Of a DNA stretch of 64,000 nt, positions 13,350 to 25,235 are shown in pieces. Made by a program: the position numbers and the translations under genes. Numbering within the stretch: position 1 is the stretch's first letter; every line of letters begins with the position of its first letter. This DNA is from Blepharisma stoltei ATCC 30299. Its lineage: Eukaryota; Protista; Ciliophora. Under the pieces are notes generated by a model. That model ran no database searches and was not told the origin of the DNA. It saw nothing but the letters and a program-made list of their open reading frames with translations. Location of the stretch: positions 186,001-250,000 of the forward strand of contig CBFDEM010000048.1 in NCBI GenBank assembly GCA_965603825.1, in the 5' to 3' direction.

Positions 13350-13988
13350 TTAATTAGAAAGATGTGATGCATCATTAAAAGTGACAATTTCAGCATTAAC
13401 TTTCTCATCATTTATAGTTATTCTGAAGACAAATACAGCTGTGTTCTGTATTCTTCAATCCTCTCTTGGGCTTTCCCCTTTCATTTCTAGCAGAAAATTT
13501 AAGAATTCCATAATAAATCCACAATGGGTTACTACAAGAATTTTTTGCTCTTCATTGCTACTCATTTGAACATTCATATGCCGATTTATCAAAAAATCAA
13601 AAAAATTTTTGACTCTTCTATTGACATCTAACAAACTTTCTCCACCAGGAAATGGAGAATCTCTAGTAGCAGGAAATCCAAAAGGATTCAGAAGGTGCGC
13701 ATAGTCTGCAAATGGCTGATCTTCATAGTCTCCTGAGCATATTTCTCTTAATCTACTATCATAAATAGGCTCAACTGTTCCATGATGCTTTATTATATAA
13801 GAAAGGGTTTGAATGCAGCGATTTAGATCGCTTGAATAAATTGCATCAAATTTATGCTCACTTAAGCGAGTGCTTAATTTTGTCACTTGTTCAATGCCTA
13901 ATGGAGATAGTTCTCCCCCAGTATGGCCTTGCATGCGCTTAGAAATATTTGCAAGAGTTTCTCCATGTCTTGCCAAATAAAGCAACAT
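13350..13988 (-). CDS. Histidine phosphatase (phosphoglycerate mutase/TIGAR-like)
   Basis: RHGET, SSDL-R, GGES, VVTHCG; reading TGA 13455-13457 as Trp adds the typical NDASHL end and TAA at 13350. Confidence 0.9.
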
Positions 13989-14058
13989 TTTCTATATTTA
14001 AAAACAGAAAATGAGAATAAATAATGATTAATCTCCAGATTTTTTTATTATTTATTTC

Positions 14059-14946
14059 TTAGAACACTGTGCATGATGAGCCAGCTGAAGGTCCAGCCTC
14101 CATCGATACAGACCAAGCACAAATTGATTTTACCTTCTCCCAGCCCTTCTGTATAATTGTAGGCATCCTTTGGAAAACTGTATCTCCCTTAAGCCTTAGA
14201 TAAGCAAAAGAAGTTTTCGAAAACCCGTTTAGCATGTACCTCATCCTTGTATACTGCCAATAGACAAGTGGAAAAACTATATTGGACCCTAAGAAAATCA
14301 TCAAAATCGAAGCAAACCCAATCCACATTTCTGCATCAGCCCTTACTTGCAGCATATTTACTTTATTAGCGTCAAGTCTCCTTGTATAGACTTTTATTGA
14401 AGCTGGAACACTTGAATGCCTTGACAGTATATCTCCAATATACACAAAAGTCCCTAAAAATGCTGGCACAGCCCAAAGCACATGATTATTGAAAAACAAA
14501 AATATCAAGGCAAATAAGATGGCGTGCATATTGTCGTCTAATATCACATTTCTTCAGTAATCAGCACTAAGCCTAGGAACATTGTGATAGTGAATTATCC
14601 CTGCAAAATGGCCTGCGATTATTAGATGAAGGGATTTATGGATGAAAAAGGCAGGGAATGCCAGGAGAAATAGGATTATTTGTACGAGCTGCAATGCAGA
14701 GGGAGATGGGGCATTGTAAGAAGATTGGGCTGGTTGAGGACGTTGAGGTGAAGAGGCTGATGGCTGTGAGGATGATTGTGGGGAGACTTCAGGGTCAAAA
14801 TTAGGATCTATGTTCTTTTTATATCATTTTTGTTTTATCCGGATTAACTGCTGCTGTGTAGGAGTAGGAAATAAACCGTTGTAATATTGCAGCCAGGCTG
14901 CAGAGGATCCCCAGTCAAAGTTCTCAAAAGCTCTGTTCGATGCCAT
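14059..14946 (-). CDS. TMEM33/Pom33-family membrane protein with N-terminal FDW domain
   Basis: ATG 14946, two in-frame TGA; multipass hydrophobic core with YWQYTRMRY; N-terminal FENFDW...KWYKKNIDP resembles plant-type TMEM33. Confidence 0.7.
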
Positions 14947-15123
14947 ATTATTGGAAATTACTATAAATTACACGTAATTTTTGCTTAAAAAGATAATTAA
15001 AATAGACTGAATTTTCAAAACAGCAGCTTCTCTGTTCCTAGAAGGCAGCTTGACTTGCAATTGAATGAATTTTTATATATTAATCACTGTAATAAATCCA
15101 ATATCCCAGTTTGAGATAATTAG

Positions 15124-16140
15124 TTAAGCTGATTTCTTTAACGTAATTAAATCGAAATCTACTATTTTCCTAGCTTTAACACCTTGGTCATGCAACTTTT
15201 TCACAAAAGGTTCTATACTAGCACTTTTCTTGGTGCCAATCACTAAAGTCTCAATTTCTCCTTTCCCTTTTATATTTTGAGCCTTTTCCATGTTAACAAT
15301 CAAAACTTTCGCATGCTGAGCTTTATATAAGCTGAGCCCATCAGCATCTGGGGCAATAACTGTTTTTGCGCCAACAAAACTTGCACCTAGCACGCTTCCA
15401 AATGTTAGTGGATATTGATGAGATAAAGTGCTTATAACTGAATCTCCACCTTTAACTCCTAGTTTTTCTGAGAAATCTACTGCAAAGTTAGCTAAATTTT
15501 CTTGGGTGTGGGAAACTCCAAAATGGCTAAACAAAGGTAAATTTGGCTTGATTTCAAAGTTTTGCATAGAATTGGACGTTTCTTCTAATTCTGCGTATAC
15601 TGGAATTTGCTTCAGTTTTAAGCTTCCTCTAATTGTAGAAAATCCAGTTTGAATTATACCTTTTAATCCAGGATATTTTTGGCTTTTAAGTGAACTGCCA
15701 GATTGAGTTTTCAACATTTCTGGAATTTGGCTCAGCACAAAATCAATACGATTATTATTTCCCCAGCTTTCCCATGGAGACACAATAAGAAGTTTAGCAG
15801 ATTTCATACCAGATTCAAAATTTTCTGTGGAGTCAAGACTAACAATTTCAAAGCCAGCCCTGGCACATGCTAGCTGGAGGATCAAAGATTCTGGAAACTC
15901 TTTGCATGAAAGCCAAGTCGCAACTTTATCTCCTGGATTTAGTCCAAGTTCTGCAAGACCCATTGCATATGCTTGAGAATACCTCTGAATTTATATTACA
16001 TTCACTTCTTTAAAGGTCCATCTTATAGATTTGTCAGGGAAATGCCATGCGTCTCGATGGGGGAATGATTTTAATTGAGCAGCAAATGCTTTTTCGATAG
16101 GGCCAAGCAAATTGAGTCTTTCAATGGCTTTTGACAGCAT
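15124..16140 (-). CDS. Truncated, degenerate acyl-CoA synthetase (AMP-binding)-like protein
   Basis: After intron 15985-15999 reads WTFKEVNRYSQAYAMGLAELGLNPGDKVATW, typical of the AMP-binding N-terminus; about 333 aa; no TSGTTG loop. Confidence 0.75.
15985..15999 (-). other. 15-nt spliceosomal intron
   Basis: GTAATATAAATTCAG; removes in-frame TAA. Confidence 0.85.
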
Positions 16141-16289
16141 TTTATTAGATTAAAATCAAAGTTTGTATAATTAAAGAGATATGTAAAATAAAAATTTAAA
16201 TCGCTGCTTCTGAGAAATTATGTTTAAATTATTCAATTTAAAAATAAAATCGTAATAAAAGGATTTTGCCTTATCTATGTGTTATTTAT

Positions 16290-16979
16290 TTAAAACTCAA
16301 AATCATAAATGATCATAAGAAGGGCAAATATGGCGAAAATGAGGAATAAGACACCAGCTGCTATTTTTATGGCCTTTTCATTTATATATTTTTCAACAAG
16401 TTTACCAACAATAACTCCAATCAATCCTATGACTGCAAACCCTAATATCGCTCCTATTGCAACCAAAATAGGATCGCTAAGAGCAGATAGTGATATGATA
16501 GTTATATTAGATTTATCTCCCCATTCAGCAAGAAAAACCATAATTGCTGTCTTCCAAAATGCTTTCATCCACGATAGTCTTTGACTATTTTCTGCTAGCA
16601 AAGGATCATGATTTTCTCCATTTGATTCATTTCCCGCCAACAGAGGATCATTTTTGTCTGAATCTGACTCATTTTCTCCATGATATGCCTCATAAAAGCA
16701 GAGAAGTGAATACACCAAGAACATTATGCAAGAAGCAATTTGTATATATAAAGGATCAATGAATTTCATTGCGGCTGCGCCAATAAATGCTGCAATCACA
16801 GCTAATATACTAATAGTAATCCAATTCCCTAAAAAGACTGCTGACCTTGAATTTTTTATTGCAAGGACAGCGATGACGAAGAATGTGCGGTCTCCAATTT
16901 CAGCCAGAAAAATTGCTAAAAAGGAGCTTGCGATGACTTCTATTGGAGTTGATGTTACTGATGACTCAAGAAGCACCAT
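16290..16979 (-). CDS. GDT1/TMEM165 (UPF0016) Ca2+/Mn2+ transporter
   Basis: Two signature motifs EIGDRT and EWGDKS in hydrophobic halves. Confidence 0.92.
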   Translation of the reverse strand: MVLLESSVTSTPIEVIASSFLAIFLAEIGDRTFFVIAVLAIKNSRSAVFLGNWITISILAVIAAFIGAAAMKFIDPLYIQIASCIMFLVYSLLCFYEAYHGENESDSDKNDPLLAGNESNGENHDPLLAENSQRLSWMKAFWKTAIMVFLAEWGDKSNITIISLSALSDPILVAIGAILGFAVIGLIGVIVGKLVEKYINEKAIKIAAGVLFLIFAIFALLMIIYDFEF

Positions 16980-17353
16980 TTATTATTTATAGGGATCAGC
17001 ATGAATATCATATTTAAATTAAAAGAAAAATTCAAAAATCAACTTATTTAGCTTCTCATATTTTTCAATTAAAAAATTTTGCTCTTGAAAGAATCTGCGT
17101 AGTATTTATCTTCAAGTACAAGCTATGATTTTAAAATAAATTATTGTTTAAATATTTTAATTATAAAACCATGCTCTAATCTTAATCTAGAGCTTTTTCA
17201 GCCTTTTCCTTCATTTAATTTTTTGAAATTTAAAAAATAAAGCTCAATTTTTCTTCCCTTCTTCATTTTTATTGATTTATTTAGTTGGCATATCTCAGAA
17301 TATTCCTGATATTTAATTTAATATAAAATTAGCAAAAATTGATAAATAAATGA

Positions 17354-19186
17354 TTATTCTAAGAGCTCAATTACCATCCCAGCCATTACTGTTTCTGAAT
17401 GATCTCTCAATGTGACTCTTCCCAACCCTTTGCAGTTTGAGAATTTTTCTAAACAAACTCTGCGGCTTGATTCAATTTCTAATATCGCTGACATAAATTT
17501 CGTAAGACACCTCGGGCGCTCCTTTATAACTTTTCCATTTATTGGATCAATCTGCTGTAAAATCCTTTTTACCTTGACTGGGATTTTTAGAGACTGAATG
17601 TGCATGATCAAATTTTGTTCTCTTGTGACAGGGAAAAGGATATCAAAGGTGACAGCTTTGATTTTGAAATTTTTTACCTGTGGAACAGGATATAGCTCAC
17701 TGCAAAGCACATGTCCTGGTAAAACCAGCCCAAAATCGCCTTCGGCATCTTTAAGTACAACGTCCACATTTTCTCCAGCATAAGCTTTTGTAGCAGAATG
17801 GCCCGCTTTTTCAATAGCTTTAACTCTACCTTTTATTCCTGTAGGAATAATGACTATCTTATCATTTATACTAATTGTCCCACTTTCTATTTTTCCTGAT
17901 ACAATTTGGCCCAATAAAGTTCCATGAGACAGTTTATATGAATCCATAATACAAAGTCTTGCTGGCTTTTTGGCATCTTTTTGTGAGGGTGGCAGACTAT
18001 CTATCAGCTCTATTAGGCAAGGGCCATTGTACCATGATGCCAGCTCAGGGATTTCTGGTTTTGACGTCAAATTTACACCGCCAAGTCCACTTATAGGGAT
18101 ATATGTCACAGAATTATCACGGAAGCCTACAGTCCTGAGAAAAGGATTAAGCCTGTTCTGGATTTCTAAGAATCGGCCTTGATCCCAATTCATCATATCA
18201 AGCTTATTGACTCCTACAATTAAGTTGGAAACTCCTAAAGATCTTGCTAGAAAACTATGCTCTTTTGTTTGCCCATGGTGATTTTCTCCTTCAAAGCCAC
18301 TTTCAAAGGCACCTTGGCAAGAATCTATAACTAAAATTGCCGCATCAGCTTGAGCAGCACCACTGATCATATTTGGCACAAAATCTTTATGTCCAGGTGC
18401 ATCTAATAGGACGACTTCTCTATTTTCAGTGGAAAATTCTTTGCAAGCTACATCAATTGTGACACCTCTTTGTCTTTCTTCTGTTGTCCCGTCCAAAACC
18501 CATGCATATTGAAAACTATCTTTTCCTATGGCTTTACAATCCCTTTCATAAGCATGCATAACTTTTGGGTCTATATAGCCTAACAAAAATAATAAATGGC
18601 CCATCAAGGTGCTTTTACCTGCATCTACGTGCCCAATAACAACTAAATTTACTGTAGGTTTACCATCATGTACTCTAAATAAAGTTTACATATCTGGATA
18701 AATGTCAGGATAATCTGCATTTAAATCCTGCTTAGAGACTTGAGGGGAGAGAATAGGAGTTTTTGATTCTTCAATATGCGGAGTTTTGACTTCTTCTGTA
18801 GAGCTTGATTTGGCATCAAGTTTTGGCAAATCTTCTTCTAATTTTTTTGATGGCTCAGCAATCTTTATTTGAGGCTGAGCTACCTTAATTTCTGGCTGTT
18901 TAGGGGCTGGGGCAGCATTTTTCTGTGGAGAAGCTTTTTGTGGGGAAGCTTTTTGTGCTGGCTTTTGTGTCTTTTGTTTTGCTGCATTGATTACTTTGAT
19001 TGCAGCTTGAACATTCCAATCATTTGCTTGTAAAGCTTTTAAAACTTGGTCTTTATGCGCTGGTCCGGTCTTTTCAATAACTCGTGCGATATAATAGTCT
19101 GGGCTATCTGTATCTTCCATAGGATCAAAATCTTCATAGTCTTCATCCTCTTCGATATCTCTCTTGAATTGCCTGTGCCTAGACAT
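17354..19186 (-). CDS. HBS1: HBS1-like translational GTPase
   Basis: N-terminal MSRHR plus helical domain; after intron 18675-18689: GHVDAGKST, RGVTID, DAPGH, NKLD; EF1A-like domains 2/3. Confidence 0.88.
18675..18689 (-). other. 15-nt spliceosomal intron
   Basis: GTAAACTTTATTTAG; removes in-frame TAA and joins N-domain to G-domain. Confidence 0.9.
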
Positions 19187-19493
19187 TATCTTATAAAAAT
19201 GGATTTTTGCATATGGATTTAATATTAAATTATCTTAATTGATAATTGGATTCAATAAGTTATTGTTCAGATTTTCTCATTATTACATATGAGAATATAA
19301 TAACTATATTTCATTAAGAAAGAGAGGATAAAAATATTCAAAGGAATGATGTTTGGATTATCATATCAGCTATATCAGCTTTTGGAGTCATTATTATCGC
19401 TAGTGTAATCGCTGGGCCACTGTCTTCAGCTGTGCAAGACTTATAGTTTGTGCCATTAAAATCTTATTAAAAAAATTAACAAATCACAATAAA

Positions 19494-19946
19494 CTACTCT
19501 ATGTCAATAAATTGAAAATCTCCTGCGTCAATATACCTTTGTAAGCAATGTGGAGCACCATCCTCTGTTAATATAACAACAAGTCTGAACTTCTCATGAA
19601 CAAAAAGATAGTCTCTTCGATCTTCCATAAAAGGCTCAAGGTCTTCATCTCTCAGTCTATTTCTATTAAAGAAGTTTGCAGGGATGATATTAGGCTGAAT
19701 CATATCAGTTATATCGTCATTTGGATTCATTACAATGGCTAGTGTATCTCCTTTGGTTACTGCATATTTTGCTTTTCTTGCAAGTGTTGCAGGATTCCAT
19801 TCATTTGAAGCCCTTTCTGCTAGGGTTCCTTTGTACTTATAAAAAGTATATGCATTGCCTGAGGGATCTCTTATGATGCTTGATGCTGGTAAATTGTTAT
19901 CAACAGCTGCAACTAGTTGCGTAAGAGGCACTCTTCTATGGGCCAT
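19494..19946 (-). CDS. Uncharacterised 150-aa protein, tandem paralogue 1
   Basis: Intact ORF highly similar to neighbour (IIRDPSGNAYTFYKYKGT, PHCLQRYIDAGDF). Confidence 0.85.
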   Translation of the reverse strand: MAHRRVPLTQLVAAVDNNLPASSIIRDPSGNAYTFYKYKGTLAERASNEWNPATLARKAKYAVTKGDTLAIVMNPNDDITDMIQPNIIPANFFNRNRLRDEDLEPFMEDRRDYLFVHEKFRLVVILTEDGAPHCLQRYIDAGDFQFIDIE

Positions 19947-20037
19947 TTATTGTAACTATAAGGTAATTTTAAAAACATTTTTGCAAGAGTAAATTAGAAA
20001 TTATCAGGTTTGCTATTATATGCAATAAATAAATTTA

Positions 20038-20487
20038 TTAAACTATATCGATAAACTTAAAATCGCCTGCATCAATATATCTCTGTAAACAATGAGGAAC
20101 TCCAGGAGCTGTAAGCAATACAACCAATCTAAAATCACGGTGAAGGGTAAGGCGGTCATTGTGATCATCCATAAATGGAGTTAAATCATGATCAGTCAGT
20201 CTTGTTTTATTGAAAAAATTAGCTGGGATGATATTTGGCTGTATCATTTCTGTGATATCATCATTAGGATTCATTACAATAACAAGGTGAGATCCTCTTA
20301 TTGCTGAGTATTTTGATTTTCTTGCAAGAGATGAAGGATTCCATTCAAGAGAAGCCCTTTCTGCGATCGTGCCTTTATACTTATAAAAGGTATAAGCATT
20401 TCCTGAAGGATCTCTGATGATGCTAGCTGATGGCAAGTTGTTGTCGACTGCTACAAGCATATCAGTGAGAGGAACAGATTGAGCCAT
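20038..20487 (-). CDS. Uncharacterised 149-aa protein, tandem paralogue 2
   Basis: Intact ORF; conserved protein blocks with many synonymous differences from neighbour. Confidence 0.85.
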   Translation of the reverse strand: MAQSVPLTDMLVAVDNNLPSASIIRDPSGNAYTFYKYKGTIAERASLEWNPSSLARKSKYSAIRGSHLVIVMNPNDDITEMIQPNIIPANFFNKTRLTDHDLTPFMDDHNDRLTLHRDFRLVVLLTAPGVPHCLQRYIDAGDFKFIDIV

Positions 20488-20517
20488 TTATTAAAAAAAG
20501 AATAATTCGGTTTAGAA

Positions 20518-21183
20518 TTAAGAAAAATGCTTATGGGTTTCTTTCAAGGTTTCTTGGATTTCTCCCATAAGACTAAGCCCAGCTTCTTTTTTCTCTATAT
20601 GTGCTTTTTCTATTTTACCTGAAATTTCTTCATATTTTTCAAGAATTCTGGCTGCAATATTTGCTGAGTCACGCTTTAATTTTTCTTTTTCAGTCACTAA
20701 ATCTTGTTTTTTCTTTTTCATCTCGTCCATTAGCTGATCAAAGCTGGTCTTCATATTATTTCTTCTATTTTGCGATTGCTGTATAATATTTGCTTTAATT
20801 TGTTCAGCTTCATGTCTAAGATTGTTGAATTTCTTTTGAGCTTCAATTCTCATTTGGATTTTTTCGTTTAAAATGTCTTGGAAATTGCTTATATTAGCTT
20901 TGGCTTCTTCAAAAATAGATCTAAAAGTATTTTCAGCTATATTTGCTTCTTGATGAGCATCTTTTTCTAGCTTTTTTCTTATTTCTTGGTATTCTGTTGT
21001 AATTTGTTGATCGAATCTGACTCGGGATTGGAGATCTGCTTTTAAATTGGCTTCCAGTTCTAAAAGTTCATTATGGACTTTCTATATGGTAAATACATCT
21101 TCGACTAGCAATAAATGCTTCTTTTTTTCATCAAGATCTTGGTGAATATCTACAAGAGCTCCTTTAGCGTCGCTTAAAGCCAT
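20518..21183 (-). CDS. Coiled-coil protein (~216 aa), possibly cytoskeletal
   Basis: ATG 21183; intron 21082-21096 removes the only stop; heptad-rich. Confidence 0.75.
21082..21096 (-). other. 15-nt spliceosomal intron
   Basis: GTATTTACCATATAG; in-frame TAG. Confidence 0.85.
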
Positions 21184-21268
21184 TTTATTATATTAATCAA
21201 TATAAAAACTTCCTTCTACCATCTCTAGGTAACTTCTAATTTTCGTAAAAATTTCCATTTTGTCTAAT

Positions 21269-22267
21269 ATGAACAAATTCAAATCCCCTGATCAAAAACA
21301 ATCCAAAGCAGAAATCTCTGAAAATATTCAGATTTCCCACGAAATCAATAAAAAATTCCAGCAAATAGAAAACTTTCAGTCGTCTTTAGAAACTAGGCTT
21401 CTATATGTAACACAGATAGTAAAACTCCAACAAGATTATATTGATGAGAAAAAATCTTCAGAAGTAGCAGACATGCAAAAGCATTTTTCTGAAATTTTAT
21501 CTAGAATAGAAAAATTAGAAACAAATGAGAGAAGCTTAAGCTCGCTAAAACATACCATGAATGGTATTGAGAATAGAATCATTTCATTAGAAGAAAAAGT
21601 TATGAAGCAAAGTGTGAGAGAAAATGGGCAAAATCTTCAAATTCTCATAGAAAAATGTGATGAGAAGCTTACGAATCAGATAAATGTTGTTAAAGATGCT
21701 GCGAAGGAAAGAGAAGATTTACTTAAAGAAAAAATTTTTTCAAATTTACAAAAATTGCAGAGCCAAATAGAGGCAAATCCTAGGAAAAAAATAAAAGGCT
21801 ATAAAGATGAAGGAAAAAAATCAGAGAAAAAGATAAAAATTGATGAGATTGAAAGAATGAGAGAACTGCTTGATAGGGAAATAACTAATAGAGAAAAATC
21901 GATGATTGACATAGCCCAAGTAGCCTGAAATTCAGAAAAAACCTCCAACAGAGTGGCTGAAGGTAAAAATTAAGTAGAAAATTTAGCTAGAATGGAATAT
22001 TTTGAAAAAAGATTAAGAGAGCTTGAAGAGAGAATTGGTAGTGAAAACGAGAATCCTAATCTAATTCGCAAAGAAAATTCTTCTAAAGGCGATAGTGCCA
22101 TGTTTGCTTCTTTCGGAGAAAAAGTAGATAATTCAATTTCTTCTGGCCAAGTTTCAACAAAAGCCAAGAAAAAAACAAGAAAGAGAGCCCAATCTGCTCT
22201 ACAAAAAGCAAAAAAATCATCAGCATCTGCAAGAAAGCTGAAAACTGATAAATATAACAAAAAATAA
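21269..22267 (+). CDS. Coiled-coil protein with basic C-terminal tail
   Basis: TGA=Trp at 21926-21928 and intron 21963-21977 join two ORFs. Confidence 0.75.
21963..21977 (+). other. 15-nt spliceosomal intron
   Basis: GTAAAAATTAAGTAG; removes in-frame TAA. Confidence 0.8.
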
Positions 22268-22752
22268 TAATCATAAGTTATTTTTTCATTTTTTAAAATA
22301 TTTTATGTTCAGTTAAATTACTATAGAAAAGGTTTTGAAGTGCCTTATAAGAGAAAATCCATACGAAAGAAAGCTTATTCCCTAATCTTCTTTATACTAA
22401 ACTTTTGAAAAATATTAAAGCATATTCTTCTATATAAAAAAATATTGATGGAGCACTAGTCTGCGCTAAATAATTAAAAATTTTTGAATTGATATCATTT
22501 CAGCACATAGTAAATTATAAAATATAATTTTTACATTAATGATAAAAAGAATGCAAGATAGAAGGCTAAATTTAAATTTTATCAGCAATGCAACTTGATT
22601 TCTTATAGCATTAATTAAATTTATCCATTTTCTGAGTCTTTAATTAAATGAAACCTCAATAGGAGGAATCTATTAATATCGTCCAGTGCGGAAAAATATT
22701 TAAATTATTTATCAATATCTATCCAATTCAATTTCTTCTTAAAGCCTTAAAA

Positions 22753-24990
22753 ATGCTCCCTTTATCAAAACAAGTGATTTCGCCTCATTTCTTGCAGTGA
22801 ATGCCGACTTTACTGAACAAGTGAAATATTGAAAATATGAAGGGATTTAAAGCGGACGATCAATCTCCTAATAAATTTGTCACTACCTATGCGCAGCATT
22901 GGTGGCTAAGATTCAAAAATCCAATAAGCGAAAAGAGATTTGTTGATAAGCTGTTTTCTCATCAGAAAACTTGGCCAGTAGCAATTTTTATATCTTTGAT
23001 TTTTGCAATATCTCTATTATTGCTGGGAAGAGAAATGACAGTATTATCAATATATCTATCACTCTTGTCAATATTGATATTTCTCACAATAAAAATTGAA
23101 AAATCGTATATGTGTAGAGCTATCGCAGAAATTATTGTAATCCAATTTATAATAGCGACTATAGGACGTGGCTCTTTACCTGAAATTTATATAGCATTCG
23201 TACCAAGCAGTATCTTAAATTATTATTTTCTAAAGGCCTGAACATGTAGCCTATTCATAAATCTTCTGGAAATATTACTGGTATGAACCATCCGAGATAT
23301 TTGTATGTTTCAAACCACTCTTGTAGTGCTTTTTCATGTTTTTTGTATAGGATATATTGAAAAAGATTTAAAATCCCTATGAGTATTGTATAGGCTTAAG
23401 GAAGAGAAGTGAAGCAGATATGAGCAAGTTCTTAATGAGTCAGAAAATTGTAAATGCGGTATAATAGATGATGAAAAAGTGTCAAATAATGGCCAAAAGA
23501 AAAAAATATCTAAAGTGAATCTGAAAGAAGAAGGTTTCAATCTGCATGTTGAAGTCGCCTGTCTGATAGATGAGATTTATAAAAAGGCATCTAGGAAAGA
23601 CATCACAGTTATCTACTCAAGAGATTCTTCCATTCCTTCATGCACTTTAGGTGATAAGAAATTGTATATTTATATTTTGAGATGCTTATTTGAGGCTGCA
23701 ATTGATTATTCAACTTTAGGGGCTGATTTATTGTTTCATTTAAAAGGGCCATCTTCATATACCGAGGAATGTGGCATTGAATATCAAATTTCTTTTCATT
23801 CTGAAAAAGCAACTCAAGAAGGATTAAACAAACTATTTGTGAATCATGATGCCAATGCTGCTCCAAAATCTAAATCATTTGAAATTCCTATAAAAACCAA
23901 TAGCAAGCTATCACTTTTTGGAACAATTTTAGAACTCCTCAAAGGCAGAGTGAATCATTGCTTATTTACAGTAAGTAAGAATAGAGCAATTTTGAGTGTC
24001 TTTATTCCTATAGTAGGGTCAAAAAAATGAATTGAGCCGACTTTTATCCCTATATACTCTCATCCAGAAATTTTACCTAATAATTCAATTAAATGGAAAC
24101 CAGAAAAATTCAAAATCAGTGAAGAATTGTCTAAGAAAAAAAGAAAAACTGTGATACAAATGCCCGAGTATATAGAGCCACCTAAAAATTATGACCCTGT
24201 CTCTAATAAAAAAATACCATATGTCATAGAAATCTTGTCTGAAACATCAAATATTTCAAGCGCTGATTATTCTCAAGACTGCGATGAAAATGTGCAGATT
24301 GGAGCTTGAATCGTAGGATGCTCTAAGACTAATTCTGGAATTCTAACTCCTAGTCCAAGATCATATATTCCTCCCACATTCCAAAATTCCAAATCAATGC
24401 CAGAAAACCAATCCAAGCATATCACATGGCCCTACAAAAAAAAAGTCTTTACCAACAGTAAAGAAAACTCTTTTCCTTCCCCAAATTATACATTAACTGA
24501 TAATCGTCCAATATTTCGCTTACTTGCATGTGATTCTAATGAAAATAATTCATTAAAGACTGAAGCTGGAACTTTTAAAGTTCTTATAGTAGACGATATG
24601 GCCTCGCACAGAGAGTTTCTGGAAGTTAACCTTTCTGCAATCACACATATAAATGCAGAGCATGCTAAAGATGGAAATGAAGCCTGGAAAATGTATGAAG
24701 CCTATGCCAAAAGTGGGTATATGTATAAAGCAATATTTATGGATTTAATGATGCCTAAGATGGATGGGTATAAATCGACACAAAAAATAAGAAATATTGA
24801 AAAGGAAAATGGGCATAACAAAACACTGATATGTGGAATGTCAGGAGATAATGATGCGAGAGAAAAATGCTTAAGAGCAGGGATGGATGAATTTTGTAAG
24901 CAATATTTAGTAATAAAACCACCTCAAATAATTGAGCTGAAAATTATCCTAAGTCGAGTTGGAGCAGAGGTACTCAATGAGAAAGCCTAA
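22753..24990 (+). CDS. Membrane protein with degenerate HATPase-like domain and C-terminal response-regulator receiver
   Basis: One frame interrupted only by TGA; TM segments, GDKKLYIYILRCLFEAAIDYS (N-box-like), receiver motifs VLIVDD and IFMDLMMPKMDG. Start could be 22753 or 22837. Confidence 0.8.
24896..24910 (+). other. 15-nt stop-free intron
   Basis: GTAAGCAATATTTAG; splicing converts GMDEFCKQYLVIKP to canonical receiver GMDEFLIKP. Confidence 0.8.
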
Positions 24991-25235
24991 TTTTAATAAT
25001 TAAAGATATTCAAGAACTCTTTTAAAGGCAAAAAGATATTTAATTCTTATCATTTTTCTCTAGGTCTGTACAAAGATGCAACTACGCTATTAATATCTAA
25101 ACAGAATTAGAGTGTATTATCAATTTAAATATAATAACTGTAAGCTGCTATTTTCAAAATTTTACGAAAAAACTTAATATAAGGATCTCTTGAAAATGTA
25201 AATCAGTAAGGAAATAAATTATTATAATTATTTAT

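Noticed and set aside
22753-24990. Receiver-domain gene as bacterial contamination
   Set aside because: Uses TGA=Trp, carries a 15-nt intron and sits among host genes
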